From assembly GCF_009914755.1 (NCBI RefSeq), contig NC_060945.1: DNA of 64,000 bases, one strand, 5' to 3'. Made by a program: the position numbers and the translations under genes. Under the pieces are notes generated by a model. The model was given only the letters and a program-made list of their open reading frames with translations, was not told the origin of the DNA and ran no database searches. Of the stretch, positions 61,443 to 64,000 are shown piece by piece. Position 1 is the stretch's first letter. Every line of letters begins with the position of its first letter. Source of the stretch: the human T2T-CHM13v2.0 reference genome, Homo sapiens.

Positions 61443-61710
61443 CTTTTATATCATGATCACTAATTTCAAAAAAAATTAAACGTGTAACTTTTTTATGATG
61501 TATTTGATAGGCTTGGATTTATGAATCACCTCTACTATCTATAGTGGTAGATATATCTGAGCCTACTTACACAGCACTTCCATCAGATTCTCTCTTCAGT
61601 GGAATTGGAAGAGGGGGGTTTTGGAGAAGGGAATGAAGGAATTGTGCTGCATCAGAGGTCCCCACCTAACAGCACAGGGACTTTTTCTGTGCTCTTGCCA
61701 GGCCGTTGTA

Positions 61711-61757
61711 TTAGGCTGATACAAAAGTAATTTTGGTTTTGTCATTGAAAGTAATGA
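61711..61757. mobile_element. MADE1 (Mariner MITE) half-element
   Basis: ttaggctgatacaaaagtaattttggttttgtcattgaaagtaatg. Confidence 0.65.
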
Positions 61758-62170
61758 GACCATCTGACTTACAATGTCTGTGCCGTAACCAACTCCTAAT
61801 AGCCTCCTAGGACAGCTTTGCCCTGACATACACTGTCCTGGAACCACGTCTGCTTTGTAACTCCTGAGGTAGCTGCCACCATGACCAATGCCTTCTCATC
61901 TTTACTCTACATGCAGGTAACAGTTATAATTATATCTCTGTGTATTCACAGAACATTTAGTACATCTGGGACTTCTACAAAATTTCCCTAGCTGATTTTG
62001 GTGTTCTAGTGTCCTGGCAGCTCTAGCCATGAAGGGATGATGCTTTATCAGCATTTCTGTTGAGTTTTTTGCTTTTTCTCACAAACTGATTCCACTTTTC
62101 CCACATACGTTTGACAATTCATTTGAACTCATTTATTCTAAACCCATTATTTTTTGTCTATTATTTAATA

Positions 62171-62338
62171 GGGTGGGGGGCGAGGGATAAAAGATAACAA
62201 ATAAGGTGCAGTGTACACTGCTCGGGTGATAGGTGCACCCAAATCTCACAAATAACCAGTAAAGAAGTTATTCATGGAACCAAATACCACCGTACCCCAA
62301 TAACCTATGGGAAAAAAAATAAAAAATACAATAAAAAA
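62171..62338 (+). mobile_element. L1PB-like 3' end
   Basis: gggataaaaga..cagtgtacactgctcgggtgataggtgcacccaaatctcacaaat..aacctatgg followed by an A tail. Confidence 0.8.
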
Positions 62339-62618
62339 GAGTCAGAAAAAAAGAAAATAATCACTGTACTTACCATGACACTTAGAAATGGTGGCTAGCA
62401 TTATTTGTGTCACCTAATAATATTATTATTTTTTCTTTATGCTACAAACTAGCTCTGCTATTACAATCACTACTATTTGAAGTGTTACTAAATTAAATTA
62501 AATTTATTGTATCCTTCTGGACTCAGAAATGGGGGTAAATGCTAAGACAATTTCAGAATATTATCACATATTAAAAGCATATTATATGGGGAAAATGTGA
62601 TTTAAAAAAAATAGAAAT

Positions 62619-62940
62619 TGGTAGAGAAACAGTTTTTTTGTCTCTTTAATTTCTGCACATTTTGCAAGTATGGACGCTGACTTTCTTGTTCCAAATGATT
62701 GTTTTCAAGCATGTTTGTATAGAAAACAGCCTTGGAATAGAAAACCAGTACCTCCTTCTGGAACAAAGGAAAAGTTTATTTACTGTCTAGTATAATGCAG
62801 ATAATTTCTCCCTCTTGGGAAGGGTACAGCCAAGTGAACTTCCCATAATACAAGTTGGGGTTTCTTGAGCTTGGTTTTTTCTTCCACAGTGTAATGTGCA
62901 GGTGCCACATGGCTCTCTTTGTGTTATCCTGGGAAAGCTG
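62619..62940 (+). mobile_element. ERVL LTR fragment (MER76-like, tentative)
   Basis: atttctgcacattttgcaag..ttttcaagcatgtttgtatagaaaacagccttgg. Confidence 0.5.
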
Positions 62941-63735
62941 ATGGCTGTAGGTGCATGTTTATTTTGGGGTTCTCTATTCTGTTTCATTGGTCTTTGTGTC
63001 TGTTTTCATATCGCTACCATGCTATTTTGTCTATTGTGGCCTTAGGGTATAGTATGAAGTCAAGTAATGTGATGTCTCCAGCTTTGTTCTTCTTGCTTAG
63101 GTTTCCTTTGGTTGTCTGGGCTCTTTAAAAATCCATATGAAATTTAGAATATATTTTTTTCTAATTCTGTGAAAAACGACATGGGTTGTTTCATAGGAAT
63201 GGTGTTGAATGTGTAGATTGCTTTTGGCAGTATAGCCATTTTAACAATATTGATCTTTCTAATCCATGAGCATGGAATAGTTTTCCATTTGCTTTGTCAT
63301 CTATGATTTTTTTCTGCAGTGTTTTGTAGTTCTCCTTTTAGATATCATTTACCTCCTTGCTTAGACATATTCTTCTTTTCTTTTCTTTTCTTTTCTTTTG
63401 GGGGTTGCTGTTGTAAACAGGATTGCACTCTTGATTTACCTCTCAGTTTAAACATTTTTGGTGTACAGAAATGATACTTCTTTCTATATGTTGTTTTTTT
63501 TAATCCTGAAAGTTTGCTGAAGACTTTTTTTATCAGTTCTAGGAGCCTTTTGGCACAGTCTTTAGGGATTTCTAGGTGTAGAATCATATCATCAGTGAAG
63601 AGAGATAATTTGACTTCATTTCTTATTTGGATGCCTTTTATCGCTTTCTCTTGCCTGATTGCTCTGGCTAGGACTTGTTAAACAGGAGTGGTGAGAACAG
63701 CCATCCCTATTTTATTCCTGTTCATAAGGGGAATG
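62941..63735 (-). mobile_element. L1 ORF2 fragment (L1PB/L1MA-like)
   Basis: Antisense ORF2: gtatagtatgaagtcaagtaatgtgatgtctccagctttgttc..; gcctgattgctctggctaggact. Confidence 0.85.
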
Positions 63736-64000
63736 TGTTGGGAGAAAAGCTGAGTGTTGGAAGAGAAGCTGAGGCAGGGCCATATGTTTCTCATTCACTT
63801 GATACACCGTTTCCTTTCAACCCCTAAATCCTCACCACCTGTTTGTTTGAGCACCAACAAATAGCGTGGGCTCCCAGAGCTTGGGGACTTTGCAGACTCC
63901 ACACTCGTGATGGTCTCCTGGTCCCACTTTCTCTCTCAAACTGTCCTTTTCTCATTCCTTTGACTCTGCCGGACTTCATCACCCCCATGACCTAGTGTTG
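63736..64000 (+). mobile_element. LTR14B-like (HERV-K14) LTR, internally shortened, runs off the window
   Basis: Starts TGTTGGGAGAAAAGCTGAGTGTTGGAAGAGAAGCTGAGGCAGGGC; later ccaacaaatagcgtgggctcccagagct..ctttgactctgccggactt. Confidence 0.72.

Overview
Human (or great-ape) pericentromeric or acrocentric-type DNA spanning the edge of a satellite array; no intact protein-coding gene is supportable. 1-~10250 is Satellite 3 (HSat3): (GGAAT)n with interspersed CAACCCGAGT and a visible ~2.6-2.9 kb higher-order period. ~10250-12650 is a transition zone where eight copies of one ~55-bp Alu 3' fragment alternate with GGAAT/GGAGT tracts. The array ends abruptly in an internal L1 ORF2 fragment. The remaining ~51 kb is AT-rich and rich in transposable elements. 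It holds a full-length SVA carrying an apparent HERV-H 5' transduction, an inactive full-length L1PA4/5, several truncated L1s (one with a short 3' transduction, one tiny young copy with a possible micro-inversion), Alus, solo LTRs and DNA transposon remnants. Family names come from my recall of consensus sequences, not from a search, and coordinates were read by eye. I see no evidence of a new protein-coding system; the most unusual signals are repeat-architecture events.
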